A stretch of DNA of 64,000 bases, taken from contig JACRKZ010000130.1 in the NCBI GenBank assembly GCA_016235455.1, forward strand, positions 16,242 through 80,241, in the 5' to 3' direction. This document shows, piece after piece, positions 17,473-28,418 of this stretch. Position 1 is the first letter of the stretch, and each line of letters begins with the position of its first letter. The notes below the pieces were generated by a model. It searched no databases and was not told where the DNA came from. It worked only from the letters and a program-made list of their open reading frames with translations. Made by a program: the position numbers and the translations under genes. The DNA is from Armatimonadota bacterium (GTDB lineage: Bacteria; Armatimonadota; UBA10988).

Positions 17473-19116
17473 TCAGTAGCCCATGCCGCCCATGCCGTCC
17501 ATGCCACCGGGGCCACCGGCGGGGGCCGGCTTGGCCTTTTCGGGCTTCTCGGCGATGGCGCACTCGGTGGTGAGGATCATGCCGGCGATGGAACCAGCGT
17601 TCTCCAGCGCCAGGCGGACCACCTTGGCGGCGTCGACGACGCCCTCGGCGAACAGGTCACCGTAGGTGCCGGTGCCGGCGTTGTAGCCGAAGTGCGCATC
17701 GTCGGTGGCGAGCACCTTGTTGCAGACCACCGAGCCTTCGAGCCCGGCGTTGACCGCGATCTGCTTGAGCGGACGGGTCAGCGCGCGCGCCACGATGGCG
17801 ATGCCCGCGCGGGTGTCGGCCTGGTCGTCGGTGAGGTCGGCCAGCTTGGCGGCAGCGCGGGCCAGGGCGGTACCGCCACCGGTCACGATGCCTTCCTCAA
17901 TGGCCGCGCGCGTCGAGTTGAGAGCGTCTTCGTAGCGCTGCTTGCGCTCCTTGAGCTCGGTCTCGGTGCTGGCGCCCACGCGGATGACCGACACGCCGCC
18001 GGACAGCTTGGCCAGCCGTTCGGACAGCTTCTCTTTGTCGTAGTCCGAGGTGGTCTTCTCGATCTCGTTCTTGATCTGCTTGATGCGCCCGGCGATGGCG
18101 TCAGCCTGGCCCTGGCCACCGATGATGGTGGTGGTGTCATGGGTGACGGTGACCTTGTCGGCGCGACCGAGCTGCTCGAGGGTCACGTTCTCCAGCGGAA
18201 CGCCCAGCTCTTCGGTGATGAAGGCGCCACCGGTGAGGACCGCGAGGTCGCCCAGCATGGCCTTGCGGCGGTCGCCGAAGCCCGGCGCCTTGACCGCCAC
18301 CGAGCGGACGATGCCGCGCAGCGCGTTGACCACCAGGGCGGCCAGGGCCTGGCCCTCGACGTCCTCGGCGATGATGACCAGCGGCCGGCCGGCGCCGTGG
18401 ATCTGCTGGAGCAGCGGAACCAGCGAGTTGACGTCGCTGATCTTCTTCTCCCACAGCAGGATGTACGGCTCTTCGAGGATGGCTTCCATGGCCTCGGCAT
18501 CGGTCACCAGGTACGGCGACAGATAGCCCTTGTCGAACTGCATGCCGTCCACGTGCTCGATGGTCGTCTCGGAGGTCTTGCCCTCCTCGATCGTCGCCAC
18601 GCCGTTGTGACCGGCATTGTCCAGGGCCGTCGCCACCATCTCGCCGACCTCGGGGTCGTTGCCGGCGATGGTCGCCACGTTCTGGTAGGCGGCCTTGTCG
18701 CTCACGGGCACAGCCTGCGCCTTGAGCAGCTCGACCACATGCGCCACGGCCTGGTCGATGCCGCGCTTGAGCAGCAACGGGCTGGCACCGGCCTCGACGT
18801 TGCGCAGGCCTTCCTGCAAAATGGCCTGGGCCAGGACCGTCGCGGTGGTCGTGCCGTCGCCCGCCACATCGTTGGTCTTCTTGGCCACTTCCTTGACGAG
18901 CTGCGCGCCGAGATCCTCGATGGGATCGGGCAGCTCGATTTCCTTGGCCACGGTCACGCCGTCCTTGGTGACGATCGGCGAGCCCCAGCTCTTCTCGATC
19001 AGCACATTGCGGCCACGCGGTCCGAGGGTCACCTTCACGGCGTCAGCCACCTGGTCCGCACCCTTTTGCATCTTGGTGCGGGCGGTGATGTCATATGCCA
19101 GCAGCTTGCTTGCCAC
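17473..19116 (-). CDS. groEL: Chaperonin GroEL
   Basis: [39 protein letters not shown]-repeat tail. Confidence 0.99.
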   Translation of the reverse strand: MASKLLAYDITARTKMQKGADQVADAVKVTLGPRGRNVLIEKSWGSPIVTKDGVTVAKEIELPDPIEDLGAQLVKEVAKKTNDVAGDGTTTATVLAQAILQEGLRNVEAGASPLLLKRGIDQAVAHVVELLKAQAVPVSDKAAYQNVATIAGNDPEVGEMVATALDNAGHNGVATIEEGKTSETTIEHVDGMQFDKGYLSPYLVTDAEAMEAILEEPYILLWEKKISDVNSLVPLLQQIHGAGRPLVIIAEDVEGQALAALVVNALRGIVRSVAVKAPGFGDRRKAMLGDLAVLTGGAFITEELGVPLENVTLEQLGRADKVTVTHDTTTIIGGQGQADAIAGRIKQIKNEIEKTTSDYDKEKLSERLAKLSGGVSVIRVGASTETELKERKQRYEDALNSTRAAIEEGIVTGGGTALARAAAKLADLTDDQADTRAGIAIVARALTRPLKQIAVNAGLEGSVVCNKVLATDDAHFGYNAGTGTYGDLFAEGVVDAAKVVRLALENAGSIAGMILTTECAIAEKPEKAKPAPAGGPGGMDGMGGMGY

Positions 19117-19140
19117 GGTCTGCTCCCTTGAGGGTCGATG

Positions 19141-19428
19141 CTACTCGCGCACCGCCATGATGTCGCTGACGCTCAGGATCTTGACATCCTTGCCGTCAAT
19201 CTCGATGTCCGTGCCGGCCCACTTGCCGTAGATCACCACGTCGCCGACCTTGACCGGCATCGGCACGCGCTCGCCGCTTTCCAGCAGCTCGCCAGGGCCG
19301 ACTTCCACGACCACACCCTCGGTCGGCTTTTCCTTGGCCGACTCGGGCAGGACGATACCGCCCTGGACGACTTCCTTCAGCTCCTTGGGCTCGACGACAA
19401 CACGGTCGCCCAACGGCTTGAGACCCAT
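19141..19428 (-). CDS. groES: Co-chaperonin GroES
   Basis: [49 protein letters not shown]. Confidence 0.98.
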   Translation of the reverse strand: MGLKPLGDRVVVEPKELKEVVQGGIVLPESAKEKPTEGVVVEVGPGELLESGERVPMPVKVGDVVIYGKWAGTDIEIDGKDVKILSVSDIMAVRE

Positions 19429-19627
19429 GGTTCTCCTCCTTGGCATGCTCATTGGCTACACGAAAACTCGTAGGCGAGCCTAAGGCGCGCCCGGTGCTTG
19501 GGCCATGAGTCAACCCGAGGGGTGTCACGCCGGTGTAAAGAGCCGACCCCTCTGGTGTAACAACGCGGCCCTGGATCCGGCTTGGGCCGCTTGGTCGATG
19601 CGGCCATCGCTGGTATCGTTGGGACCG

Positions 19628-20302
19628 ATGTACACCCTACCCGCGGATCTGGTCATCTTCGACTTCGATGGCGTGCTCTGCGCCGCCGAGCGCTTCACCC
19701 CCGACGCTATTCGCGACGGCCTGCGCGCGTTTGCCCAACGGTGCGGCGTGCCGATCGATGAGCCCGACGAGGCCGCGCTGCTGGCCACGCTAGGCTACCC
19801 GTCGCACCAGACCTACCCGCCGATGCTGCCGGAGAGCCTCCGCCCGCGCTGGCCCGAGATGCATACGCTGACACTGGACGCCATGGAGCGCCGCATCCGG
19901 GCCCTGGGCCGGTGGGGCTGCCTGTACGACGGCGTGCCCGAGTTGCTGGACGATCTGCTGGCCGACGGCCGCACGCTGGCCCTGGCCAGCAACTGCAGCG
20001 AGCGCTACCAGGCGGTGCACCGCGAGGTGCACGGGCTGGACCGCTGGTTCACCCACCAGTGGCACGCACAAGCGGCAGGCATCGGCAGCAAGGCCGATAT
20101 GGTGGCCCGCATTCTGGCCGACACGCCCGCGTTACGGACGAGTGTTATGGTAGGCGACAGACTAAGCGACAGGAATGCTGCCGCGGCGCACCGCGTGCCC
20201 TTCGTGGCGGCCGCGTACGGATTTGGCTGCGCGGCGGAGTGGGATGGCGCGGTCGCGGTGGCCGACCATGTTGTGCAACTCCGGGCGATCCTGGGCGTCT
20301 GA
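19628..20302 (+). CDS. HAD-family hydrolase
   Basis: VIFDFDGVL, LASN, K, MVGDRLSD motifs I-IV. Confidence 0.9.
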   Translation: MYTLPADLVIFDFDGVLCAAERFTPDAIRDGLRAFAQRCGVPIDEPDEAALLATLGYPSHQTYPPMLPESLRPRWPEMHTLTLDAMERRIRALGRWGCLYDGVPELLDDLLADGRTLALASNCSERYQAVHREVHGLDRWFTHQWHAQAAGIGSKADMVARILADTPALRTSVMVGDRLSDRNAAAAHRVPFVAAAYGFGCAAEWDGAVAVADHVVQLRAILGV

Positions 20303-20326
20303 TCTGGCGTGCAGGGAGGGAATTCG

Positions 20327-21595
20327 ATGGCGATGGGCACCACCGGTGGGCCGGCTTCCGCACCGCCGGTCAGCAGCATGGACGTCTTCGTCGCGCGACA
20401 GCCCATCTTCGGGCCGGACCGGCAGGTCAAAGCCTACGAACTCCTCTATCGATCCTCGCACCAGAACACGTTTGATGGGACGGATGGTGATACGGCGACG
20501 TCGCGCCTGTTGGTCAATGCCTTCCTGACCTTGGGCATCGACACCATCACCGGCGGTCGGCCGGCCTTCGTCAATTTCACGCGTAATGCGTTGCTGCAGG
20601 AGTTCCCCACGCTGCTGCCGCCCGACCGGCTGGTGATCGAGGTGTTGGAGGACGTGGAGCCCGACGAGCAGGTGGTGACTGTCTGCCGCAACCTCAAGGC
20701 GCTGGGCTACACCTTGGCGCTGGACGACATCATCAGTCTCGACCGCCGCTACGACGCGCTGCTTGAGCTGACCGACGTGGTCAAGGTCGACTGGATGCTG
20801 GCTGACGACATCCAGAAGCAGGCGGTGGCGCAGCGCTGCCGTCCGTACCGCATCACGATGCTGGCCGAGAAGGTGGAGTCCGAGGAGGAGTTCGTCGACG
20901 CGGTCCGCCTGGGCTACACGCTGTTCCAGGGCTACTTCTTCTGCCGGCCCAACATCATTGCCGGGCGCGATGTGCCGGCCGCCAAGACCAACTACCTGCG
21001 CCTGCTGCGCGAGGTCAACAGTCGCGATTTCGATCTGGGCCGCATCGAGAACGTCATCAAGAGCGAGTTGACGCTCTCCTACAAGCTGCTCAAGTACCTC
21101 AACTCGGCGGCCTTTGGCTGGCGCCGGCAGATCAGCTCCATCAAGCACGCGCTGGTGGCCGTGGGCGAGCGCGAGTTGCGCAAGTGGATGTCGGTGCTCT
21201 GTCTGACCCAGATGGCCGACGACAAGCCGCCCGAGCTGGCGCTGCAATCGCTGGTGCGCGCGCACTTCTGCGAGCAGATGGGCAGCCTCGTGGGCATGGC
21301 CGACCGATCGACCGACCTGTTCCTGGCGGGCCTGTTCTCCATGCTCGACACGATCATGCAGCGCCCGCTGGCCGAGTGCCTGGAGCAGGTGCCCATCGCC
21401 ACCGAGGTGCTGGACGCGCTGATCGAGGGCAAGGGCCGCATGCGCGACATCCTCGACGGTGTGGTAGCCTACGAGCGGGGCGATTGGGCGGCGGTGAGAG
21501 CCGTGGCCGACAAGCTGGCGGTTGACCCCGAGCGGGTCTCGGAGACGTACTTGCAGGCGGTCAAGCGCGCTGATACGCTCTTCGCCACCACCTAG
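20327..21595 (+). CDS. EAL-HDOD domain signalling protein (CdgJ/YuxH-like)
   Basis: FVARQPI, YELLYR, FVNFT, LALDD, LAEKVE, FQGYFF; HDOD LSYKLLKYLNS, FLAGLFSMLD. Confidence 0.93.
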   Translation: MAMGTTGGPASAPPVSSMDVFVARQPIFGPDRQVKAYELLYRSSHQNTFDGTDGDTATSRLLVNAFLTLGIDTITGGRPAFVNFTRNALLQEFPTLLPPDRLVIEVLEDVEPDEQVVTVCRNLKALGYTLALDDIISLDRRYDALLELTDVVKVDWMLADDIQKQAVAQRCRPYRITMLAEKVESEEEFVDAVRLGYTLFQGYFFCRPNIIAGRDVPAAKTNYLRLLREVNSRDFDLGRIENVIKSELTLSYKLLKYLNSAAFGWRRQISSIKHALVAVGERELRKWMSVLCLTQMADDKPPELALQSLVRAHFCEQMGSLVGMADRSTDLFLAGLFSMLDTIMQRPLAECLEQVPIATEVLDALIEGKGRMRDILDGVVAYERGDWAAVRAVADKLAVDPERVSETYLQAVKRADTLFATT

Positions 21596-21607
21596 CAGGT
21601 AGACGGC

Positions 21608-22300
21608 ATGGAACAAGTATCTCATATCCTGGTCATCGACGATGACCGGCGGCTCACCGATGGCCTGCGCATGGCGCTCGAGCGCGAAGGGCATCGCGTG
21701 ACCACGGCCCAGGGCGGCGAAGAGGGCTTGGCGCACGCCATCCGCGAGCGGCCGGATCTGGTTGTGGTCGACCTCAACCTGCCCGATCTGGACGGCCTGG
21801 CGGTCTGTCAGCGCCTGCGTCAGCGGACCTACGTGCCGATCATGATCATGACCGGCGCCGCGGTCGAGGAGCAGGACAAGGTCGTCGGGCTGCGCTTTGG
21901 CGCCGACGACTACCTGGTCAAGCCGTTCGGCGTGGCCGAGTTCTGCGCGCGTGTGGAGGCTCTGCTGCGACGGTCGTCGGTCTACGCCGCCGGGCGCGAC
22001 CGTGAACTGCGCGCGGGCGATCTGCTCATCGACCGCGAGGCCTACACGGTCCGGCGCGGCGACCACGCGGTCGACCTGACGCCCAAGGAGTTCGAGTTGC
22101 TGGTGGCGCTGGCCGAGTACCCCAACCGGGTACGCACCCGCGACTACCTGCTGGAGCGCGTCTGGGGCTACACCAGTGAGATCCGCACGCGGACGCTGGA
22201 CATGCACATTCGCCGGCTGCGCGAGAAGCTCGAAGAGGACCCGGCGGAGCCCCGGCTCATCCAGACGGTGATCGGCGTGGGCTACAAGCTGGTGGCATGA
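21608..22300 (+). CDS. OmpR/PhoB-family response regulator
   Basis: ILVIDDD, DLNLPDLDG, GADDYLVKPF; winged helix LTPKEFELL, TLDMHIRRLREKLE, TVIGVGYK. Confidence 0.96.
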   Translation: MEQVSHILVIDDDRRLTDGLRMALEREGHRVTTAQGGEEGLAHAIRERPDLVVVDLNLPDLDGLAVCQRLRQRTYVPIMIMTGAAVEEQDKVVGLRFGADDYLVKPFGVAEFCARVEALLRRSSVYAAGRDRELRAGDLLIDREAYTVRRGDHAVDLTPKEFELLVALAEYPNRVRTRDYLLERVWGYTSEIRTRTLDMHIRRLREKLEEDPAEPRLIQTVIGVGYKLVA

Positions 22301-22309
22301 GGTGACGGC

Positions 22310-23923
22310 ATGGCCGAACGCGCTGAAGGCACCGACGCGCTGACCCAGCCCTGGCTCGCCGAACTGCTGGCGGCCAGCGCCGAGGGCATCGCCCTGTACG
22401 ATCCGCAGGGCCGTATCTCGCGCGCCAATGCGCTGTTGGCCGAGCTGGTTGGCCTTGGCGACGACGAACTGCTGGGCCTGGGCATCGACGATCTCTTCCA
22501 CGATCCCAGCTACAGTCTGGCCGTGGCCGCTGCGCGTCAGCGCGGCCGCTGGCACGGCATCCTCAGTGTGGGCGAGCGCGAGGTCGAGGCGCACCTGGTC
22601 ATGGCCCGCGACGGCCATGGCGTCGTGCTGTGCCACGACATCTCCGAGCGCCTGGAGTTGGGCCGACGCGCCGAGTCGTTGGCGGCCCTGGCCGCCGAGC
22701 ATGCCAGTCGCGCCGAGGATGCTCAGGCTCGCGCCAGCGAGCAGAGCTAGCGCCTGACCGGTCTGTACCAGATGACCGTCAACGCGCTGGAATCGGCCAC
22801 GGTGCACGACACGGCGGCGCGCCTCTGCAACTCGCTGCGCGGCGATCTGGGCGCGGAGAACGTGGCGCTGTGGCTGCATGACGCCCACCAGGGCCTGCTG
22901 CGGCGCGTTGCGGCCGTGGGCCCGCGGGCGTCTGAACTGCCCGAGGTGTTCGCCCGTCAGGTGGCTCCCCAGTGCGACGAGGCGCTGCTCACTGGGCGCA
23001 CGGTCCCGGTGGCCGACCTCGGCCTGCTGAGCGGCTTCGCGGCCATTCCGCTGGCCGGCCGCGAGCAGCCGCTCGGGCTCATCACGCTCGATAGCCAGCC
23101 CGACCCCGAGAAGGTCCAGGTCTACGCGCCGCACGTGGCCACGGCGGTCAACAACGCCATCATGGCGGATGAGCTGGTACGGGCCAACAGCCAGTTGCGC
23201 GCCGTCGACCAGCAAAAGAGCGAGTTCCTGAACGTCGTGGCGCATGACCTGCGCACCCCGTTGACCTGCATCCGCACCTACACCGACCTGCTGCGCATGT
23301 ACGTCGACGAGCCGCCGGAGACCTATCGCGACTTCCTGACCATCATCGCCGAAGAGACCGAGCGACTGGGTGAGTTGCTCGACAACTTCCTGGATCTGGC
23401 ACGCATCGAGAACGCCACCATCCGCTACGAGGTCGAGCCGGTGGACCTGGACGAGATCCTCGAGCACTTCGCCAATGTCTACCTGGCCAAGGCGGCGGCC
23501 GAGGCCATCATCGTCGGTCGCCGCGTACAGCCGCAACTGCCGACCATCCAAGCCGACCGGCGGCGGCTGGAGCAGGTCTTCTCGAACCTGATGTCCAACG
23601 CCTTCCGCCACACGCCGCGCGGCGGCAGCGTGATGCTGGCCGCGGTGGCCGATGACGGCGGTGTGCGGGTCATTGTCGACGACACCGGCCCGGGCGTGCC
23701 CAAGGAGGATCGGGCGCGCATCTTCGAACGCTTCCGCCAGGCACGCAACGCGGATCGCTCGGGCGGCGGCACCGGCCTGGGCTTGGCCATCGCCAAAGCC
23801 ATTGTCGCCGACCATGGCGGCCGCATCTGGGTGGAGGACGCGCCCGGCGGCGGAGCGCGGTTCTGTGTCCATCTGCCGTGGCAGCCGCCGCCCGGTGCCG
23901 CGGTGTTGAGGGGTGACCAGTGA
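22310..23923 (+). pseudogene. PAS-GAF-HisKA-HATPase sensor kinase interrupted by one in-frame TAG at 22748-22750 (track ORFs 22310-22750 and 22772-23923)
   Basis: Both ORFs share one frame and the helix reads through EQS*RLTGLYQMTVNALE. No RBS before the 22772 ATG. H-box VAHDLRTPL, NLMSNAFRH, DTGPG, GTGLGL intact. Confidence 0.75.
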
Positions 23924-24291
23924 GCGGCAAGGTGGTGGTCATCGCCGACGACGAGCCGCGACTGCTGGCCTCGCTGGCCTTCATCGTGCAGCGCGAGGGC
24001 GGCCAGCCGGTATCCGCGCCGGACGGCCTGGCCGCGCTGGCGGCGATCCGCGAGCACCGGCCGGTGCTCGCCCTGCTGGACGTGATGATGCCGGGCATGG
24101 ACGGCCTGGCCGTGACTCGCGCCGTGCGGGCCGACCTAGCCCTGGCGGCGCTGCCCATCGTGGTCATCACGGCGCTGGGCCAGGCTGACCATGAGCGGCA
24201 GGCGTTGGAGGCCGGTGCGACACGCTACCTGCGCAAGCCGTTCGATGTGGCGGCGCTGCGGGATCTGATCGCGGGGTATCTGAGGGCGTAG
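23920..24291 (+). CDS. Single-domain response regulator
   Basis: VIADDE, LLDVMMPGMDG, ITA, KPF. GTGA overlap with the kinase stop. Confidence 0.93.
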   Translation: MSGKVVVIADDEPRLLASLAFIVQREGGQPVSAPDGLAALAAIREHRPVLALLDVMMPGMDGLAVTRAVRADLALAALPIVVITALGQADHERQALEAGATRYLRKPFDVAALRDLIAGYLRA

Positions 24292-24416
24292 CGACCGGTC
24301 GACGGCCGTGGATCGGCGCCATTGCCACCCGCGGCGCCGGAGAGCCGTCACTGGCAGGTGCGCCGTTCGTTTGTCAGCCGGGCCGGTCGGGCATAACTTG
24401 TGAAAGGGCAACGGTC

Positions 24417-24914
24417 ATGACCAAATCGCAGAACCGCAGGCGACTGCGCATCAACGCCCGTTGGCTCGGCGGCAGCCTGCTAGTCGCTGTACTAGCGGCG
24501 GAGGGTTCGGACCTTGCCGCGCCGCAGAGCGCAGCGCTGGCACTGCTAGGCGTCTCGGGTGGGGCGGGGTTTGTGGCCGCGTGCGCGCTGCACGGCCTGC
24601 TCCTGGGTACTGTGGCCAACGACCTGGCCACACTCGGTCAGGTCGGTGCCGGCGTCTTCATCGCCATCACGCTGCAGGCCGGGCCAGAGTCCACACGGGC
24701 CCTGTCGGCGGCGTTGCCGGGCACCGCTCTGGTCGATGTGCTGGTGCCGCTGCTAGGCATGGCCATGTTCGGGTTCCTGCGGCTCCTCTGGCGCATGATG
24801 CCGTTGACCCACGACTTCTACGACTCCCGCTACCACTACGACGACGTGGTGGACGACCCGCCAGCCGCGCCGACTGGGCGCGCCGCCAGCTCTCCAGCAA
24901 GCGGTCGCATCTGA
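24417..24914 (+). CDS. Hypothetical membrane protein
   Basis: About 4 hydrophobic segments; fills the gap between genes; AAGGG upstream. Confidence 0.55.
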   Translation: MTKSQNRRRLRINARWLGGSLLVAVLAAEGSDLAAPQSAALALLGVSGGAGFVAACALHGLLLGTVANDLATLGQVGAGVFIAITLQAGPESTRALSAALPGTALVDVLVPLLGMAMFGFLRLLWRMMPLTHDFYDSRYHYDDVVDDPPAAPTGRAASSPASGRI

Positions 24915-24972
24915 CCGCAAGCGCCAGACGGGCCCGGGCGCGTACGACGCCCGTCGCCAGCGCCGCTTGGCC

Positions 24973-27900
24973 TCAGCGCCGGTTGCCGGCCCGTCCCTGG
25001 GCCGTATCGAGCACCAGGCGCACCTTCTCGGCCAGCTCCGGCGCGGTGAAGGGCTTGGAGAGCAGCTCGGTGGTACCGAGCGTGGCGCCCATGCCGGCCA
25101 GGACCGACTCCGCGTAGCCCGACACAAACAGCACCGGCAGGCCGATCCGTTCGCTCCTGGCGGCCGCGGCGACTTCGGCACCGCTCATCTCGGGCATCAC
25201 CATATCCGTCAGCAGCAGATCGACGGTCCGACTCGTGTCGCGCAGGATCTCCATGGCCTGGTGGCCCGAATTGGCGACAACGACGGTGTAGCCCAGGTTC
25301 GTGAGTACGCGCTCGGTGATGGTCAGCACCGCCACCTCGTCCTCGACCACGAGGATGGTCTCCGAGCCGCCCGGGATGGCCTCGGCCTCCACGCTGGGCG
25401 CGGAGTCGAGCACGGGTGCCGTGGTGCTCGGCACGTAGACGCTGAACACCGTGCCGGCGCCGGGCGCGCTGTCGCAGCTGACATGAGCGCCGTTCTGGCG
25501 TGCCAGGCCGAAGACCACGGCCAGGCCCAGGCCAGTGCCGGTGCCGGTTGGCTTGGTGGTGAAGAACGGCTCGAAGACACGCTGCCGCGTCGCCTCGTCC
25601 ATGCCATGGCCGGCGTCGCGGACGGACAGCAGCACGTGCGGACCGCTGACCGGGTCGAGTTCGTTTTCGAAGACGGTGTTGTGCAGGTCGGCCCGCGACG
25701 TCTGGATGGTGATCGAGCCGCCGGCGGGTGTGGCGTGGCCGCTGTTGACCACCAGGTTCATGATGATCTGTTCGATGTGGCCTGGGTCGGCGGTGACGAA
25801 GCAGGGCTGGCTGTCCAGCTCGAGCGCAAGCTGGATGTTGGCCGGAACCAGGCGCTTGAGCATCCGCTCCATGCCGACGACGACGTTGTTCAGGTCGATG
25901 GCGCGGGCGCGGCCGGTGTCCTGCCGGCTGAAGGCCAGCAGTTGGCGGGTCAGCTCGGCAGCGCGGCCGACAGCGCGCTGGATCTCGTTCAGGTCGCTGA
26001 CGATGGGGCTGTTGGAGGGTGTGGTCAGGCGCAGCAGGTCGCAGTAGCCGGTGATGGTGGTGAGCACGTTGTTGAAGTCGTGCGCCACGCCGCCGGCCAA
26101 CTGGCCGACGGCTTCCATCTTGGCGGCCTGGCGCAGGCGCGCGGTCATCTGTTCGCGCTCGTCCTGGGCTTCGTGCCGCTCGGTGACGTCGCGGGTCACA
26201 CCGATGAAGCCGATGGCCTCGCCACCGCGGATCAGCGCCTGGACGCGCGACTCCGTCCAGATGAGCGAGCCGTCACGGCACGGCTGCTGGAGGTCGAACG
26301 TGCGGACCGGTGGTATCTGGCCCGCGGCGATGAGCGCCAGGTTCTCGGCCAGCGCTTCCATGGCGACGGCCAGTCCGTCCGGCGTGAGCGCGTCGGCCAG
26401 CGTGTGGTGGCCGACGATCTCCTCGGGACGCCAGCCGCGCATCTCATAGATCGATGGGCTGGCGTAGGTGAAGCGTCCTTCGAAATCGCAGGTCCAGATG
26501 ACGTCGATGACGCTATCGGCCACCAGTCGGGCGCGGGCCTCGCTCTCGGCCAGGGCGTCGGTATCTCGCTGGTGACGGATGGCCTGGCTCAGGCTGGCCA
26601 CCGCGCTCTCAAGGAACACCTCATCGGCCGGGTCGAACAGGTCGTCGCTGTGGCAGTTGTCGAACCCGACCACGCCGGCGAATTCGTCGCCGACCAGCAC
26701 AGGCAGGACCAGCAGGGCCTGGACGCCGTGGGATTCCAGTAGCTGGCGCTCGACCTCGGGCAGCTCGGCAACGCGACTGTGGAGGCGATCGCCGTGTGGG
26801 AGCACCGTCAGCCAGCGGGCCATTGGGCCAGAGTAGGAGACGTTGACCGTGCGGTCACGCTGCGAGGCGATTCCAGGGCCGCACCACTCGGCGCAGGTGC
26901 GCACGTGCACCACGCCGTCGGCATCGGTCTCGTGGAGGAACAGGCGCACACGGTCGGCGCTGGAAGCCGGGCCCAGGCAGTTGACGAAGCGCTGCAAGTG
27001 ATTGTCATCGATCCCGGCCAGCAGTTCGCGAGTGCTGTCGGCCAGCGCCGTCAGACGGCCATCGGCCCGCGCCGAGCGGGCTCGTTGGTCCGACTCACGC
27101 GCCAACAGGCTGTTGATGGCCTCGGCCAGGGCGCTCAGCTCGTCGCTGCGCCCGTCGGTGGGCGCCTGCCCGACCGGCGGCTGGTCCACGTCGATGCTGG
27201 CCACGAATTGCCGTACGCGGGCCAGACGCGAGAGCACCATGCGGTCGAGCAGCACCAGGCAGCATACGGCCGCGACCGCCGTGAGCAGCGCCATGATCAG
27301 CGCCAGTTCGAGGATCGACGCACGGTGGCGCAGCATGGCGCTGCGCGGTGTGTCGTAGCGCAAGACGGTCGCCAGCCGCCCCTGTTCATCGTTCAAGGCC
27401 ATGAGACCGACGATCGTGTCGTGCTGAGTCATCAGCACGGGCTGCGGATCGGCCAGACCGCTGCTCAGTCGCTGACGCGCGGCTGCCGGCACGCTGGTCG
27501 ACGCGGCGTCGACCGGCGTGCTGGCGACTCCGCTGAGCTGCGCGATGCGGCCCAGTTGCAGCGCATCAAGCGGCCACAGCACCAGCAGCACACCGGCCGC
27601 CGGGCCCTTACGTTGGCTGGTCAGCACCGGGCTGGCCGCACAGAGCATGGGTCGACCGTCGACAACGCGCACCGCGCGTGTGCCGTTGGCCTCCAGGCTC
27701 GCGGCGAGCAACTTGGGGTCGTCGCGCAACAGGCGGCGAACGGAGTCGGACGGCGTGGTGGCGCGACCCGTGCGCGGATCGACACCGAGCGCGACGAGCG
27801 CCTGGCCATCGGGCTTGGCGAGCAGCAGCTCGGCGAACTGCTGGTGCTGTAGGGTGAGGGGATCCAGATTGGCCGCCACGAACGCCGGGTTGGGCTGCCG

Positions 27901-28131
27901 GCAGTAGGCATACGTGTCGTCCCAGTTGGCGTAGTCGGTCACGCGTCGGTGCAGCTCACCGACCTGCTCGGCCAACGTGGCGCGCAACCGCCCGGCGCGA
28001 GCCTGCGCTTCCTCGCCGTCGGCGGCCACCGCGTCCTGCAGCCCGGACCGCATGACTACCAACAGCACAAGCATGCTCAAGGTGAGCAGGACGGCGGCCA
28101 CAATCACCAGCGCTTTGGCCCGAATGCTCAT
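24973..28131 (-). CDS. Hybrid sensor kinase (CHASE4, HAMP, GAF, PAS, HisKA, HATPase, receiver)
   Basis: [11 protein letters not shown] (CHASE4), [14 protein letters not shown] (HAMP), [37 protein letters not shown]. Confidence 0.95.
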   Translation of the reverse strand: MSIRAKALVIVAAVLLTLSMLVLLVVMRSGLQDAVAADGEEAQARAGRLRATLAEQVGELHRRVTDYANWDDTYAYCRQPNPAFVAANLDPLTLQHQQFAELLLAKPDGQALVALGVDPRTGRATTPSDSVRRLLRDDPKLLAASLEANGTRAVRVVDGRPMLCAASPVLTSQRKGPAAGVLLVLWPLDALQLGRIAQLSGVASTPVDAASTSVPAAARQRLSSGLADPQPVLMTQHDTIVGLMALNDEQGRLATVLRYDTPRSAMLRHRASILELALIMALLTAVAAVCCLVLLDRMVLSRLARVRQFVASIDVDQPPVGQAPTDGRSDELSALAEAINSLLARESDQRARSARADGRLTALADSTRELLAGIDDNHLQRFVNCLGPASSADRVRLFLHETDADGVVHVRTCAEWCGPGIASQRDRTVNVSYSGPMARWLTVLPHGDRLHSRVAELPEVERQLLESHGVQALLVLPVLVGDEFAGVVGFDNCHSDDLFDPADEVFLESAVASLSQAIRHQRDTDALAESEARARLVADSVIDVIWTCDFEGRFTYASPSIYEMRGWRPEEIVGHHTLADALTPDGLAVAMEALAENLALIAAGQIPPVRTFDLQQPCRDGSLIWTESRVQALIRGGEAIGFIGVTRDVTERHEAQDEREQMTARLRQAAKMEAVGQLAGGVAHDFNNVLTTITGYCDLLRLTTPSNSPIVSDLNEIQRAVGRAAELTRQLLAFSRQDTGRARAIDLNNVVVGMERMLKRLVPANIQLALELDSQPCFVTADPGHIEQIIMNLVVNSGHATPAGGSITIQTSRADLHNTVFENELDPVSGPHVLLSVRDAGHGMDEATRQRVFEPFFTTKPTGTGTGLGLAVVFGLARQNGAHVSCDSAPGAGTVFSVYVPSTTAPVLDSAPSVEAEAIPGGSETILVVEDEVAVLTITERVLTNLGYTVVVANSGHQAMEILRDTSRTVDLLLTDMVMPEMSGAEVAAAARSERIGLPVLFVSGYAESVLAGMGATLGTTELLSKPFTAPELAEKVRLVLDTAQGRAGNRR

Positions 28132-28323
28132 CTACCAGGTACCACTCTCTGCGGCATGGCGACGCCATGTGCCATGAGTATGAATCATAAGCCCACAAAC
28201 GCCAGACGGCAGCGTTCACAAGGATGACAGATATGATGGGCGGCGCTGGGCCGCGCGCGCCGCGCACTGACGGCGAGCCGCCCAGCAACACGGTCCGACG
28301 CACACCCGCGCTCAGCGCAGTGC

Positions 28324-28352
28324 TTGCCCCGCCTGGGCCGCGGGCGTACCAT
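28324..28352 (+). promoter_or_regulatory. Putative sigma-70 promoter of ilvD
   Basis: TTGCCC-N17-TACCAT, 66 nt before the ATG. Confidence 0.5.
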
Positions 28353-28418
28353 GGACTCACCATGCCTGCCACGCATTGCGTGGCTGGGCCAGATCCGCTG
28401 TTTCCGAGGATACAGACC

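Noticed and set aside
22748-22750. Genome-wide TAG reassignment
   Set aside because: TAG terminates full-length conserved genes (groES, rel, guaB neighbour rpe) at their expected ends.
20162-23872. 1236-aa minus-strand ORF
   Set aside because: In-register antisense shadow. The real + genes here all share one frame and high GC3 keeps the antisense frame open; no recognisable domains.
28224-28418. Attenuator/leader peptide upstream of ilvD
   Set aside because: No short Ile/Leu/Val-rich ORF, T-box or terminator is visible; the ORF-track extension is just an upstream in-frame start.
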